This document shows positions 16,153 to 26,877 of a DNA stretch of 32,000 nucleotides, piece by piece (position 1 is the stretch's first letter; every line of letters starts with the position of its first letter). Source of the DNA: Zymomonas mobilis subsp. mobilis ATCC 10988 (lineage in GTDB: Bacteria > Pseudomonadota > Alphaproteobacteria > Sphingomonadales > Sphingomonadaceae). The DNA lies in the NCBI RefSeq assembly GCF_000175255.2, contig NC_017262.1:1440001-1472000 (forward strand). Direction: 5' to 3'. The translations under genes were made by a program, and so were the position numbers. The notes beneath the pieces are model-generated. The model worked only from the letters and a program-made list of their open reading frames with translations, was not told the DNA's origin and searched no databases.

Positions 16153-18828
16153 GTGACTGTCAAAAAGATTAAAGCTGCAAAGAATACCGCTGCTTCAAAA
16201 TCGCGGAATGTAACACCGATGATGGAGCAATATTACGAGCTGAAAGCGCAAGCTCAAGATTGTTTGCTCTTTTATCGTATGGGGGATTTTTTCGAACTCT
16301 TTTTTGATGATGCTAAGAAGGCTTCAGCAATTCTTGATATTGCTCTTACTAGCCGAGGCACTCATATCGAAGAATCGATTCCGATGTGTGGTGTTCCCAT
16401 TCATGCAGCGGAATCTTATCTTGCACGCCTGATAAAAGCCGGCTGCCGCGTTGCGATTGCTGATCAGGTTGAAACGCCAGCAGAAGCAAAAAAACGAGGT
16501 GGATCAAAAGCGCTCGTAAAAAGAGCGATTATCCGCGTCGTAACGGCAGGTACTTTAACAGAAGAAGCTTTGCTAGATTCTCGTGCTGCAAACTGGCTTG
16601 TTGCAGTCGCCCGTGCTGGTAGTGATTTTGGGCTAGCTGCCGCTGATATTTCGACAGGCCGTTTTGAAACCATTACTTTGTCAGAAGGCCGTCTCGATTC
16701 TGAGTTAGCACGGCTTTCAGCTGCTGAAGTTATTGCTCCAGAATCCTTAGTTCAGCAGGCCGCTTATAAAAATCGGATTCCCCAAGCTGTCGCGTTAAGT
16801 AATGAGTGTTTCAATAGTCCACATGGAGAAGCTCGACTAAAATCACTCTTCAAGATTTCAACACTTGACGGCTTTGGGATTTTTTCTCGTGCTGAGCTTG
16901 CTGCAATTGACGGTTTATTGGCATGGCTGGATCGTGCAGGGCAGGGTAAACTACCGTTTTTGCAGCAGCCTGTCAGGCGGGCTTATGCTGATCATATGTT
17001 GATTGATGCGGCTACCAGATCTAGCCTTGAGTTAACTGCCTCAACAGAAGGCCGGAGGGATGGTAGTTTAGTCTCTTCTATTGATCATACCGTTACCGGA
17101 GCTGGGGCTCGCCTTCTGACAGCGGATCTTGGTGCACCACTTATGGATATCGATGTTATTCATAAGCGACTCGATCTTGTTGAATTCTTTTTTTATGATA
17201 CATTATTACGAGAGGATGTTCGGGACCTTTTAAAAGGATCTCCCGATTTAGCCCGGGTTCTTGGGCGTTTAGTCGCCGGCCGGGGAACTCCACGTGATTT
17301 AAGTCTGTTAAGAGATGGCTTGAAACAGGCTTTTATTCTTTATGAAAAATTATTCTCTCTTGAACCTAAACCTGCGCTTCTGGAGCAGATTCTCCCTGCT
17401 TTTCGTGGGCATGGATCTCTGGTTGATCTTCTCGAGCGGGCTTTAATCGAACAGCCTCCCATTGATGCCACTCAAGGTGGCTTTATCGCCAAAGGCTACG
17501 ATCATGCTTTAGATGAATTGCGGTCGATGGGTGGAGAAAGTCGACGTGCCATTGCGGCCTTAGAGGCAACCTATCGAGAAAAGACAGGTATCAATACGTT
17601 AAAAATCCGTCATAATAATGTGCTGGGTTATCATATTGAGGTACCTTCCAGACATGCTGATGCTTTAATGCAAGCGAATTCTGGTTTTACGCATCGTCAA
17701 ACTTTGGCTGGCGTTGTACGTTTTAACGCGTCAGAACTTCATGAACAGGCAATAAGAGCAACACAGGCCGGCGTTCAGGCGATTGCAATTGAAAGCAAGC
17801 ATCTTGCGTGTTTAATCGAAAGCACTTTAGAAAAACGTGACCATATAGCGGCTTGTGCGGACGCCTTAGCGCGCCTTGATGTTTCAGCAGGATTTGCAGA
17901 TTGCGCTGTCCAAAAAAATTGGACAAGGCCAACCGTTGATGATTCTTGCTGCTTTGATGTTATTCAAGGTCGTCATCCTGTTGTCGAAAATGCTTTAGTA
18001 AAATCAGGTGAACGCTTTGTTGCCAATAATACTAATTTAGATCCAAAAAACCGTTTGTGGTTAGTAACCGGTCCCAATATGGGAGGTAAATCCACTTTTC
18101 TGCGTCAAAATGCTCTTTTAGCTGTTTTAGCTCAGACTGGCAGTTTTGTTCCGGCAGAAAAAGCACGGATCGGTTTGGTCGATCGTCTTTTTAGTCGAGT
18201 TGGAGCTTCAGATAATTTAGCGCGAGGGCGTTCAACCTTTATGGTTGAAATGGTAGAAACGGCGGCCATCTTGTCTCAGGCAACCAATCGTAGTTTTGTG
18301 ATTCTTGATGAGGTCGGCAGGGGAACCTCAACCTATGATGGACTGGCTATCGCTTGGGCCGTTGTTGAAGCTGTGCATGATATTAATGCATGTCGTTGTC
18401 TATTCGCGACTCACTATCACGAGCTAACGCAACTGACCTCGCGTCTTCCTGCTTTGTCGCTTCACCATGTCCGTGCCAAAGAGTGGCAGGGTGATCTGGT
18501 TTTGCTGCATGAAATGGCAGAAGGTGCCGCAGATAGAAGCTATGGTATCGAAGTTGCTCGTTTAGCAGGACTGCCACCCGTTGTTTTAAAACGGGCAAGT
18601 GAGGTTCTTGCTCAATTAGAAAATTCTTCCGGTAAAAATAACGATTCTTCAGCTAATCTTTCTGATTTACCTCTTTTCGGAGTACAGGCTTTTCAAACTG
18701 TTTTACCGCAGAATGATCCACTTTATGATGCAGTTTCAGAATTAGATGCCGACGCGCTTACTCCTCGCCAAGCCTTGGATGTTATCTATCGGCTGAAAGA
18801 ACTGGCAGCGAAGGATAAGGTGATGTAA
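16153..18828 (+). CDS. mutS: DNA mismatch repair protein MutS
   Basis: TPMMEQYYELKAQAQDCLLFYRMGDFFELFFDDA, WLVTGPNMGGKSTFLRQNALLAVLAQTGSFVPA, ILDEVGRGTSTYDGLAIAWAVVE. GTG start. Confidence 0.98.
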   Translation: MTVKKIKAAKNTAASKSRNVTPMMEQYYELKAQAQDCLLFYRMGDFFELFFDDAKKASAILDIALTSRGTHIEESIPMCGVPIHAAESYLARLIKAGCRVAIADQVETPAEAKKRGGSKALVKRAIIRVVTAGTLTEEALLDSRAANWLVAVARAGSDFGLAAADISTGRFETITLSEGRLDSELARLSAAEVIAPESLVQQAAYKNRIPQAVALSNECFNSPHGEARLKSLFKISTLDGFGIFSRAELAAIDGLLAWLDRAGQGKLPFLQQPVRRAYADHMLIDAATRSSLELTASTEGRRDGSLVSSIDHTVTGAGARLLTADLGAPLMDIDVIHKRLDLVEFFFYDTLLREDVRDLLKGSPDLARVLGRLVAGRGTPRDLSLLRDGLKQAFILYEKLFSLEPKPALLEQILPAFRGHGSLVDLLERALIEQPPIDATQGGFIAKGYDHALDELRSMGGESRRAIAALEATYREKTGINTLKIRHNNVLGYHIEVPSRHADALMQANSGFTHRQTLAGVVRFNASELHEQAIRATQAGVQAIAIESKHLACLIESTLEKRDHIAACADALARLDVSAGFADCAVQKNWTRPTVDDSCCFDVIQGRHPVVENALVKSGERFVANNTNLDPKNRLWLVTGPNMGGKSTFLRQNALLAVLAQTGSFVPAEKARIGLVDRLFSRVGASDNLARGRSTFMVEMVETAAILSQATNRSFVILDEVGRGTSTYDGLAIAWAVVEAVHDINACRCLFATHYHELTQLTSRLPALSLHHVRAKEWQGDLVLLHEMAEGAADRSYGIEVARLAGLPPVVLKRASEVLAQLENSSGKNNDSSANLSDLPLFGVQAFQTVLPQNDPLYDAVSELDADALTPRQALDVIYRLKELAAKDKVM

Positions 18829-18927
18829 AAGAAAAATATATTCTCTGGCTTTTTCTCAATAATTTTTTGGAATAAGTGAGAGTTGTTTGAGGCTTAATGC
18901 GTCATAATAATAACAGGAGAATCCGCT

Positions 18928-19479
18928 ATACGTCCGCCGATGATGAGGCGCCCTCATGGACAGGCAGCTATGCCGATGAGTGGCCCACGCTACAATGAGT
19001 TCATACAAAGTCCCCGTGTCCGTGTCATTGATGAAAATGGTGAAAATCTTGGCGTCATGTACACGCGTCAGGCAATGGAGCAAGCACAAGAAGTAGGCCT
19101 TGATTTAGTCGAAGTCTCTCCGAATGCTGATCCGCCTGTTGCCAAATTTCTGGATGTTGGCAAATACAAGTATGAAGCCCAGAAAAAGGCTAATCTTGCC
19201 AGAAAGACCCAGAAAACACAGGAAATTAAAGAAATCAAGCTTCGGCCAAATATTGACCAGCATGATTATGACACCAAGATGAAAAAAATCGTCCAGTTCT
19301 TAGAAGATGGCGACAAAGTTAAGGTGACTTTACGTTTCCGTGGTCGTGAAATGGCTCATGGTCAGCTTGGTATGCAAGTGATGCAGCGCGTTCAGGCTGA
19401 TACTCAAGAAATTGCGAAGGTAGAGCAACATCCTCGCATGGAGGGACGTCAGATGCTGATGGTCGTAGCTCCGAAGTAA
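18928..19479 (+). CDS. infC: Translation initiation factor IF-3, probable ATA start
   Basis: [65 protein letters not shown]. Track ORF starts at ATG 18940, which lacks an SD. AGGAG at 18915-18919 lies 8 nt before the in-frame ATA at 18928. Confidence 0.85.
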   Translation: MRPPMMRRPHGQAAMPMSGPRYNEFIQSPRVRVIDENGENLGVMYTRQAMEQAQEVGLDLVEVSPNADPPVAKFLDVGKYKYEAQKKANLARKTQKTQEIKEIKLRPNIDQHDYDTKMKKIVQFLEDGDKVKVTLRFRGREMAHGQLGMQVMQRVQADTQEIAKVEQHPRMEGRQMLMVVAPK

Positions 19480-19556
19480 TATTGCCCAGCGATGACGCGG
19501 TATTATGCCGCGTCACGCGCTATCCAGATAATCTGTTAGATATATTTTAATATAAT

Positions 19557-20579
19557 TTAGACCGAAAAACTGTATTCTCCCTTGAGCGGGCGGGATAACA
19601 ATCTCTCTAAGACTGAATTGACAGATTCACCTTCAATCAAATCACAAATGGCTGAAACCAACGGCATTTCTACTTTTAGTTTATTAGCAACTCTTTGTAA
19701 GACAGGCGCTGTGAAAACGCCTTCTGTTGTAACTGCTCTTTTCTTTTGCTGTTCTTCGTAGCTATAGCCTTCACCAAGTTTTTTCCCAAAAGTGAAGTTA
19801 CGAGACAATTCCGACGAGCAGGTCAGGACAAGATCTCCTAAACCGGATAATCCCGTTAAAGTTTCTTCTTTTGCACCCAATGCAATACCAAAGCGGTTCA
19901 TTTCTGCAAAACCGCGGCTAATAACGGCTGCACGGGCATTATTGCCAAGTTTTGCACCTGCAACGACTCCACAGGCAATCGCTAATACATTTTTGACAGC
20001 ACCTCCAACATCCGCACCAATCACGTCAGACGAGGCATAAGGGCGAAATGTTGGAATGGCTAACCTTTGCATTAAGGCCGCTCTTATATCCTTCTCTTTG
20101 GCTGCTAAAGTCACGGCTGTCGGTAAATGGCGTGCTACTTCACTTGCAAATGTTGGCCCAGATAAAACTGCAATAGGACGGTGAGGGAAAATATCGGCCG
20201 CTAACTGAGACATCAATAGGCCAGATTCCGCTTCTATTCCTTTTGCACATAAAATTAATGGGCGACTATCATTGGGAATCTGTCTTAAAACAGATCTCAT
20301 TTTTTGGGCTGGAATGGCTACCAATAAAGCAGATGCTGAACTTAGATCATTTAATTCATCTGTTGCATGGATAGTTCGGGGTATAATGATGTCAGGCAAA
20401 TAATCAGGATTGATGTGTCTCTGATTAATGGCATCAATAATTTCTCTTTTTCTGCCCCATAAAGTGACGGCACCTTTATAACTGGCTACGGCTGCCAAAG
20501 CCGTTCCCCATGACCCCGCACCTAAGACACCGATATGATGAAAATGATCGGCTGTTTTCTTTTCTTCAAGAACAGGCAT
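19557..20579 (-). CDS. gpsA: NAD(P)-dependent glycerol-3-phosphate dehydrogenase
   Basis: IGVLGAGSWGTALAAV, LSGPTFASEVA, GAVKNVLAIACGVV, GLSGLGDLVLTCSSELSRNFTFG. Its ATG abuts the tsaD TAG. Confidence 0.97.
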   Translation of the reverse strand: MPVLEEKKTADHFHHIGVLGAGSWGTALAAVASYKGAVTLWGRKREIIDAINQRHINPDYLPDIIIPRTIHATDELNDLSSASALLVAIPAQKMRSVLRQIPNDSRPLILCAKGIEAESGLLMSQLAADIFPHRPIAVLSGPTFASEVARHLPTAVTLAAKEKDIRAALMQRLAIPTFRPYASSDVIGADVGGAVKNVLAIACGVVAGAKLGNNARAAVISRGFAEMNRFGIALGAKEETLTGLSGLGDLVLTCSSELSRNFTFGKKLGEGYSYEEQQKKRAVTTEGVFTAPVLQRVANKLKVEMPLVSAICDLIEGESVNSVLERLLSRPLKGEYSFSV

Positions 20580-21626
20580 CTACGCTTTTACTCCGGCACC
20601 GCGTGCTTTTTCAGCATGAGGGTCTAACGGCCATCTTGCTCGCGCTGGACTCTCAAGATTATCAATCATTCCCAGACGAAACCGTTCGACGCCCGCCCAT
20701 GCGATCATAGCGCCATTATCAGTGCATAGCGAAGGCGGCGGTGCAATCAAAGGTAAATTATGTGCTTCTGCTAGATCCGTAAGTGCAGGACGGATGGCTT
20801 GATTCGCAGCCATACCTCCAGCAATAACAAAGGCGTTGATTTGAATATTTTCGCCTTCAATCTTTTTGAGAGCTTTTTCGCTACGATTGACTAAGCAATC
20901 AATAACAGCCTGTTGGAATGATGCTGCAATATCGTGTCTTTTATAAATGCCAGATTGATATGCTCTTAAAACCGCGGTTTTAAGTCCTGCAAAAGAGAAA
21001 TGAGGTTCTTTGCTTTTAATTAATGGCCTAGGTAAGGGAACCGCCATTGGATCGCCATTCAAAGCTTCTCTTTCTACAGCTGGGCCTCCAGGAAAGCCTA
21101 ATCCTAAAATTTTAGCCGTTTTGTCAAAGGCTTCACCGCCAGCATCATCAATTGTTGTTGCTAGGCGGCGATATTCGCCCACATTTTTAACCAGTAGAAT
21201 TTGGCAATGACCACCAGAGATAAGCAATAATAAATAAGGAAAAGACAGAGTTTTATCTGCTAAACGAGGGGTTAAGGCGTGACCTTCTAGGTGGTTAATC
21301 GCAATCAGTGGTTTTTTACAGGCAAGAGAAAGCGCTTTTCCTGTTACAAAACCAACCATAACGCCGCCAATTAAGCCTGGCCCCGCAGTTGCTGCAATGG
21401 CATCTATTTCTGATAAATTTTTTCCTGATTCATTTAAAACCTTTCTTACTAACGGCTCTAGACGCTCGACATGGGCTCTTGCCGCAATTTCTGGAACTAC
21501 ACCGCCATAAGGACGATGTAAAATTTCTTGTGTTGCCAAATGACTGGAAATAATATTACCATCATTATCAACTAATGCGACTGCTGTTTCGTCGCAACTC
21601 GACTCAAGACCTAAAACTAATGCCAT
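20580..21626 (-). CDS. tsaD: tRNA N6-adenosine threonylcarbamoyltransferase
   Basis: MALVLGLESSCDETAVALVDNDG, NHLEGHALTPRL, LLLISGGHCQ, GGMAANQAIR. The track ORF begins 21671; the family N-terminus is at 21626. Confidence 0.96.
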   Translation of the reverse strand: MALVLGLESSCDETAVALVDNDGNIISSHLATQEILHRPYGGVVPEIAARAHVERLEPLVRKVLNESGKNLSEIDAIAATAGPGLIGGVMVGFVTGKALSLACKKPLIAINHLEGHALTPRLADKTLSFPYLLLLISGGHCQILLVKNVGEYRRLATTIDDAGGEAFDKTAKILGLGFPGGPAVEREALNGDPMAVPLPRPLIKSKEPHFSFAGLKTAVLRAYQSGIYKRHDIAASFQQAVIDCLVNRSEKALKKIEGENIQINAFVIAGGMAANQAIRPALTDLAEAHNLPLIAPPPSLCTDNGAMIAWAGVERFRLGMIDNLESPARARWPLDPHAEKARGAGVKA

Positions 21627-21669
21627 AGGGGGCTTTTCTGCCACCATAAGGGGCGGTAGAGCAACTATC

Positions 21670-22596
21670 ATGCAACTTCCTTTTCGTCTCGGATCCCGAG
21701 GTTCCCCTCTAGCCCTTATTCAGGCACGCTCAGTCGCCTCTGCTTTATGTGCTGCACATAGCTGGTCAGAGGATGCTGTTGTCATTGTACCTATTCGCAC
21801 TTCTGGTGATAAAAATCGTCATCAGGCTTTAGCGGATATTGGTGGAAAGGCGCTTTGGACAAAAGAGCTGGATATCGCTTTGACAACAGGTCAAATTGAT
21901 GCTGCCGTACATTCTATGAAGGATGTTGAAACTTTTCGTCCTTCACATATCTCTATAGCGGCTATGCTTCCTAGAGAAGATGTTCATGACAGGTTGATTG
22001 GAATCCCTTCCTTAGAAGTATTGCCTTATTCTGGTTGTGTTGGAACGGCATCGCCACGTCGAGCTGCCCAGATAAGGTGCATCCGACCTGATATCGAGAT
22101 TAAACTGTTACGGGGGAACATAGACACTCGTTTAGAAAAACTGGCTAATAAACAGTTTGATGCTACCCTTCTTGCCGCCGCTGGTCTCATTCGACTCGGA
22201 AGAAATGATGTGGGATATGATGTTCCCTTAGATCAGATGCTGCCAGCTGCTGGGCAGGGCGCTATCGGAATCGAGGCTCTGGCAGATTCCGCTGCTTGGG
22301 AAAAAGTATCTATAATTGATCATTACCCTACACATTTAGCGGTTCAGTCAGAAAGGCAACTTCTTCTTCGGCTCAATGCTGATTGCCATTCTCCGATTGC
22401 GGTTTTTGCCGAGATTTTAGAAAAAAATATCCGTTTGAGAGCTTGCCTCTATACGGAAAATGGAAAATTTTCGGCGTCTATTGATAAAGAAATTAGTCAA
22501 CCTTCTGATGCTTTTGAAGTTGGTAGCTTATTGTTGAATCAATCTCCGCCGGAGGTGCAAGCTCTCTTCCTACCCAGAGTATTGTCAGAACGTTAA
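21670..22596 (+). CDS. hemC: Porphobilinogen deaminase
   Basis: LGSRGSPLALIQA, ALWTKELDIALTTGQIDAAVHSMKDVET, GTASPRRAAQI, LLRGNIDTRLEKL, LNADCHSPIAVFA. Confidence 0.97.
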   Translation: MQLPFRLGSRGSPLALIQARSVASALCAAHSWSEDAVVIVPIRTSGDKNRHQALADIGGKALWTKELDIALTTGQIDAAVHSMKDVETFRPSHISIAAMLPREDVHDRLIGIPSLEVLPYSGCVGTASPRRAAQIRCIRPDIEIKLLRGNIDTRLEKLANKQFDATLLAAAGLIRLGRNDVGYDVPLDQMLPAAGQGAIGIEALADSAAWEKVSIIDHYPTHLAVQSERQLLLRLNADCHSPIAVFAEILEKNIRLRACLYTENGKFSASIDKEISQPSDAFEVGSLLLNQSPPEVQALFLPRVLSER

Positions 22597-22630
22597 TCGG
22601 CATTTGCTCCCTATCTGAACAGAGTCCAAT

Positions 22631-23359
22631 ATGCTGAGAGAATGGCAATTAAATAATCGTGTTCAAGATAAATTATTGATTTTACGCCCCGAGCCGGGGG
22701 CAACCGCTACAGCCAAGCGTGCAGAAAAAGTAGGCTGGCAAGTAATAAAAACGCCTCTTGCAACGGCTATATCGATACCTTGGTCAATAAATGAATCTCT
22801 ATCTTTTGATGCGGTTATGGTAACGAGTGCCCAAGCTATTTATCACGGAGGAAGTGAACTGGATAAATTAAAAGACTATCCTCTTTACGTGGTTGGCAAG
22901 GCTACTGAGGCGGCGGCACGTCAGGCAGGGTTTCAGCATATTGTAACGGCCGAAGGTAATGGCGCATCTGTACTTTGTTGTCTTGAACGGGACAAAAGAA
23001 TGCGGATATTAAGGCTCTGCGGCGAGATTTACAAAGATTATGACTATAAAAATTTTTCTCTGAAAGAAAACACTCAATTCTTTATAAAAATTCTTTATAG
23101 AATGCAAAATATTGCCAGTTTACCGATAGAAGCCTGTCAGGCATTAGTAGAAAATGCCATAGTCCTATTACACTCTTCTCGTTTTGCAGAGCAATTTCGT
23201 CTTTTGCTTGCGAAAACGGATATCAATCCAGACAGAGTTCAGATTGCTGTTATTAGCCCAGCAGTAGCAGAACAAATTGGAAAAGAGTGGCGAGCAATGG
23301 CAATAGCTGAATATCCTGATGACACATCTTTGTTAAAGGCGGCAGCTAGCTTGAAATGA
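22631..23359 (+). CDS. hemD: Uroporphyrinogen-III synthase
   Basis: 242 aa; LILRPEPGATATAKRAEKVGW, AVMVTSAQAI, VVGKATEAAARQAGF. Follows hemC. Confidence 0.82.
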   Translation: MLREWQLNNRVQDKLLILRPEPGATATAKRAEKVGWQVIKTPLATAISIPWSINESLSFDAVMVTSAQAIYHGGSELDKLKDYPLYVVGKATEAAARQAGFQHIVTAEGNGASVLCCLERDKRMRILRLCGEIYKDYDYKNFSLKENTQFFIKILYRMQNIASLPIEACQALVENAIVLLHSSRFAEQFRLLLAKTDINPDRVQIAVISPAVAEQIGKEWRAMAIAEYPDDTSLLKAAASLK

Positions 23360-23377
23360 AACTCGGATAGAAAATGA

Positions 23378-24451
23378 ATGAAGGCAGATTCTGAATGGAA
23401 TCAGAGGCAAATATTCAGGGACAGATGTATGACAAATAACAACGGTATTCATAATTATGCCGGAAATAAAGAATCGAATTCTTCAATTGATCCTTTGGTC
23501 AATGCCTCACAGTCTTCAAAAAAACGGCCGTGGCAATCAAAATTGCTTTTTTCCTGTGCTGCATTCTTTTGTGGCGTCGGTGTTACTATCTACTCATTAT
23601 CACATTGGCAGCCAGCCAGAATGCTTATTGCTCCAGCTTCTGTCCCCAATAATCAACAATCTTCCGAGAAGACACCTCAGTTACCTTCGCAACTTTCTAT
23701 GTCTGGAAATGCTCAATCTCAAAATGGTACTGTGGCGCTCCCACAAACAGATTCTTCTAATTCGAATGTAACGGCCTCTATTGATGCCTTAAATGGCCGA
23801 ATAGATCGCCTTGAAAATCGTATTGATGATGTCAGCAAGGAAACCAAAGCTGCTATTGGGGATGCAGGTAGAGCGGAGAGTCTCCTTGTTGCTTTTGCTG
23901 CAAGACGGGCGCTTAATCGTGGCCAACCTCTAGGCTATTTAGAAGGCTTGTTACAATCGCGGTTTGGTAATAGTCAGCAGCAAGCCGTTTCTGTTATTTT
24001 AAATGCCTCACGGCAACCGGTTACGCTTGAACAATTAGTCGCTGGACTTATCCCGCTCAAGGGAGATTTACTCAAGCCGGACAAACAACAAGGGTGGTTG
24101 AGTTATTCTCGCCAGTTTTTTTCTAATCTGTTTGTTATCCACCGTCATGGCGAAGTGTCAACGATGCCTTCTGAACAATTAGAAGAGGCGATCCGTTTTT
24201 TGAATAATGGTAATGTCGATGGAGCTATTGCTGATATCTCAAAGCTGCCAGGGGCTCGTTATGCTCAAAATTGGCTGAATGCCGCTAAGCGTTATTCTTT
24301 GGCAAGGAATGCATTAGATATTCTTGAAACCTCAGCTCTTTTATCGCCAGATCAACCCGCAATCGATAATCCGACTTCGGAAAAAAATACTGATTCGCTT
24401 GATACAGAAGAAAAACATTCAACAAGTATTCCAGACAATCATCAAAGATAA
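23378..24451 (+). CDS. Mitofilin/HemX-like inner-membrane protein (COG4223-like)
   Basis: Single TM segment LLFSCAAFFCGVGVTIYSL, predicted coiled-coil NGRIDRLENRIDDVSKETKAA, C-terminal LLVAFAARRALNRGQPLGYLEGLLQSRFG. Position after hemD. The real start may be the ATG at about 23429 (MTNNNG). Confidence 0.65.
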   Translation: MKADSEWNQRQIFRDRCMTNNNGIHNYAGNKESNSSIDPLVNASQSSKKRPWQSKLLFSCAAFFCGVGVTIYSLSHWQPARMLIAPASVPNNQQSSEKTPQLPSQLSMSGNAQSQNGTVALPQTDSSNSNVTASIDALNGRIDRLENRIDDVSKETKAAIGDAGRAESLLVAFAARRALNRGQPLGYLEGLLQSRFGNSQQQAVSVILNASRQPVTLEQLVAGLIPLKGDLLKPDKQQGWLSYSRQFFSNLFVIHRHGEVSTMPSEQLEEAIRFLNNGNVDGAIADISKLPGARYAQNWLNAAKRYSLARNALDILETSALLSPDQPAIDNPTSEKNTDSLDTEEKHSTSIPDNHQR

Positions 24452-24661
24452 ATATAATTGAATCAACGCCAATTTTCGGGCGTATTTTGTTCAAATTGTC
24501 GCTTGGGGCTTGTAACTCAGGCGAAATTCGCTATACGCGCTTTGATGCGCGACGATTCTGGTAGCATAAACTCGCATGTTATTTTTCCTTGCCGGTTTAT
24601 GACATAGGCCTCATATCGTCGCTAAATTTTTTATCGCTTCATTTAATTTTAAGGTTCCGAG

Positions 24662-24841
24662 ATGGCTGTTCCTAAGAGAAAAACTACCCCTTCACGGCGG
24701 AATATGCGCCGTAGTCACCATGCCTTGACGGTAGAAGCTTATCAGGAATGCCCAAATTGCGGCGAATTAAAACGTCCGCATCATATGTGCCCAGCTTGTG
24801 GTCACTATAATGGGCGTGAGATCATCGCTGTAGAAGCCTGA
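24662..24841 (+). CDS. rpmF: 50S ribosomal protein L32 (bL32), zinc-ribbon form
   Basis: Translated by hand: [59 protein letters not shown], 59 aa. Missing from the track because it is under 60 aa. Confidence 0.95.
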   Translation: MAVPKRKTTPSRRNMRRSHHALTVEAYQECPNCGELKRPHHMCPACGHYNGREIIAVEA

Positions 24842-24853
24842 TCTGTCTAATTA

Positions 24854-25909
24854 ATGATGAGTAAGGATCAAGCTCTGATCGCTGTCGATGCCATGGGCGG
24901 GGACGGTGGTCCGAGAGTTGTCATTGCAGCTTTGGCACTTGCGCTATCAACTGATCCGGATTTGCGTTTCCGCGTATATGGTGACGAAGCGCTTGTGCGT
25001 ACACAGATGGATCTATTCCCTGAGCTTGCACCGGCCTGTACGATATGCCCTGCACCAGATGTTATTTCTGGTGAAGAGAAACCGTCTTTGGCTTTGCGCC
25101 GTGCCCGCAAAAGTTCTATGGGCATGGCTATTTCTGCAGTAAAGACAGGGGAGGCTGATGCTGCTCTGTCTGCAGGTAATACTGGCGCATTGATGGCAAT
25201 CGCAAAGCTTTACTTGCGGATGATGCGTGGTATCGATCGTCCAGCCTTAACAACCATCTTGCCAACATTGGGCAAAAATGGGGTTGTTATGCTGGATTTG
25301 GGTGCCAATACAGAATGCGATATGCGTAATCTGGTCCAGTTCGCGGTAATGGGCGCTGTATATGCTCAATCGGCTATGGGCATTCCTTGCCCTCGACTAT
25401 CCTTACTCAATATCGGTACCGAAGAGATGAAGGGTACCGAAGATTTAAGAGCCGCCGCGGCTCTCTTGCGTCAAACTGAACAGACAGCTTTCCAGTATAC
25501 TGGTTTTATTGAATCAGACAGGATTGGCCAAGGGGATGCTGACGTTATCGTGACAGATGGTTTTTCTGGCAATATTGCATTGAAAACTATCGAAGGCACG
25601 GCACGTTTCATTACTAACCTTCTCCGGCGTGCTTTTTCAAGTTCATTGCGTTCCAAATTAGGTTTTCTGCTTTCAAAACCTGCTTTCAGATTATTTAGAG
25701 TTTATCTTGATCCGAATAATCATAATGGCGCAATTTTTCTTGGTCTTAATGGCATCGTTGTTAAAAGCCATGGGAATGCTAACGTATCTGGTATCGCTCA
25801 AGCCGTTCATCTGACAGCTAAGCTTGTCCGTTCTAATCTGGTCAATTGCATCGCCGATGATCTGGATATGTTTTTTTCTCAGGCGAGCAATAAGGAATTG
25901 CAGGCATGA
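24854..25909 (+). CDS. plsX: Phosphate acyltransferase PlsX
   Basis: [54 protein letters not shown]. Confidence 0.97.
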   Translation: MMSKDQALIAVDAMGGDGGPRVVIAALALALSTDPDLRFRVYGDEALVRTQMDLFPELAPACTICPAPDVISGEEKPSLALRRARKSSMGMAISAVKTGEADAALSAGNTGALMAIAKLYLRMMRGIDRPALTTILPTLGKNGVVMLDLGANTECDMRNLVQFAVMGAVYAQSAMGIPCPRLSLLNIGTEEMKGTEDLRAAAALLRQTEQTAFQYTGFIESDRIGQGDADVIVTDGFSGNIALKTIEGTARFITNLLRRAFSSSLRSKLGFLLSKPAFRLFRVYLDPNNHNGAIFLGLNGIVVKSHGNANVSGIAQAVHLTAKLVRSNLVNCIADDLDMFFSQASNKELQA

Positions 25910-26877
25910 CTATGCGGCGGTCAGCAATCATCGGAACCGGATCGGTTTTGCCTAAGACACGTCTTTCCAATGACGAGTTAGCGCAAAATTATCATATTGA
26001 TACTTCGGATGCCTGGATCGTTGAGCGAACTGGTATTCGTTTCCGCCATATTGCAGATTCAGATGAAACTACCGGCACATTGGCTACGGAAGCTGCCCGT
26101 CGTGCACTCAAAAATGCAAATGTCGCACCAGAAGAGGTGGGGCTGATCATCGTTGCAACTACAACACCAGATTATACTTTGCCTGCAACGGCTATGAGTG
26201 TTCAGGCAGATTTAGGTGTTGGTGATTGTATTGCTTTTGATGTTCAGGCTGTTTGCTCGGGCTTCCTTTATGCTTTGTCTGTTGCTGACAGCATGCTTCG
26301 GACTGATAGCGCTAAAGTAGCTCTGGTTATTGGTGCTGAAACCTTTACCCGTTTATTAAACTGGGAAGACCGAACGACCTGCGTTTTATTTGGCGATGGG
26401 GCGGGGGCGGTTGTCTTACGTCAGACAGATGATGTTGAAAAAGGCATTCAGACGGTCAAATTACATGCTGATGGACGCTACAAAGATTTACTATGCAGTG
26501 ATGGTGGTGTTTCGACGACAGGAACTGTTGGAAAGCTGCTAATGAAAGGGCGTGAGGTTTTCCGCCATGCTGTCACTAATTTGGTTTCTGTTACCGAAGA
26601 AGCCTTGACGGTTTCAGGATTCTCAGCTTCTCAAGTTGATTGGGTTGTTCCACATCAGGCAAATGCTCGAATTCTGTCTGCGACAGCTCAAAAATTAGGT
26701 GTTCCTTCTGAGCAAGTGGTCATGACTGTCGATCGTCATGCTAATACTGCAGCGGCTTCTGTTCCTTTGGCTTTAGATGCTGCTGTGCAAGATGGCCGCA
26801 TAAAGTCCGGTGATCTTGTTGTTCTGGAAGCTATGGGCGGTGGTTTTACATGGGGCGCCGCTGTTATTCGTTTTTAG
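25906..26877 (+). CDS. fabH: 3-oxoacyl-[ACP] synthase III
   Basis: [70 protein letters not shown] overlap with plsX. Confidence 0.97.
   Translation: MTMRRSAIIGTGSVLPKTRLSNDELAQNYHIDTSDAWIVERTGIRFRHIADSDETTGTLATEAARRALKNANVAPEEVGLIIVATTTPDYTLPATAMSVQADLGVGDCIAFDVQAVCSGFLYALSVADSMLRTDSAKVALVIGAETFTRLLNWEDRTTCVLFGDGAGAVVLRQTDDVEKGIQTVKLHADGRYKDLLCSDGGVSTTGTVGKLLMKGREVFRHAVTNLVSVTEEALTVSGFSASQVDWVVPHQANARILSATAQKLGVPSEQVVMTVDRHANTAAASVPLALDAAVQDGRIKSGDLVVLEAMGGGFTWGAAVIRF

Noticed and set aside
23457-23771. 104-aa + ORF inside the mitofilin-like gene
   Set aside because: Alternate-frame overlap with no features.
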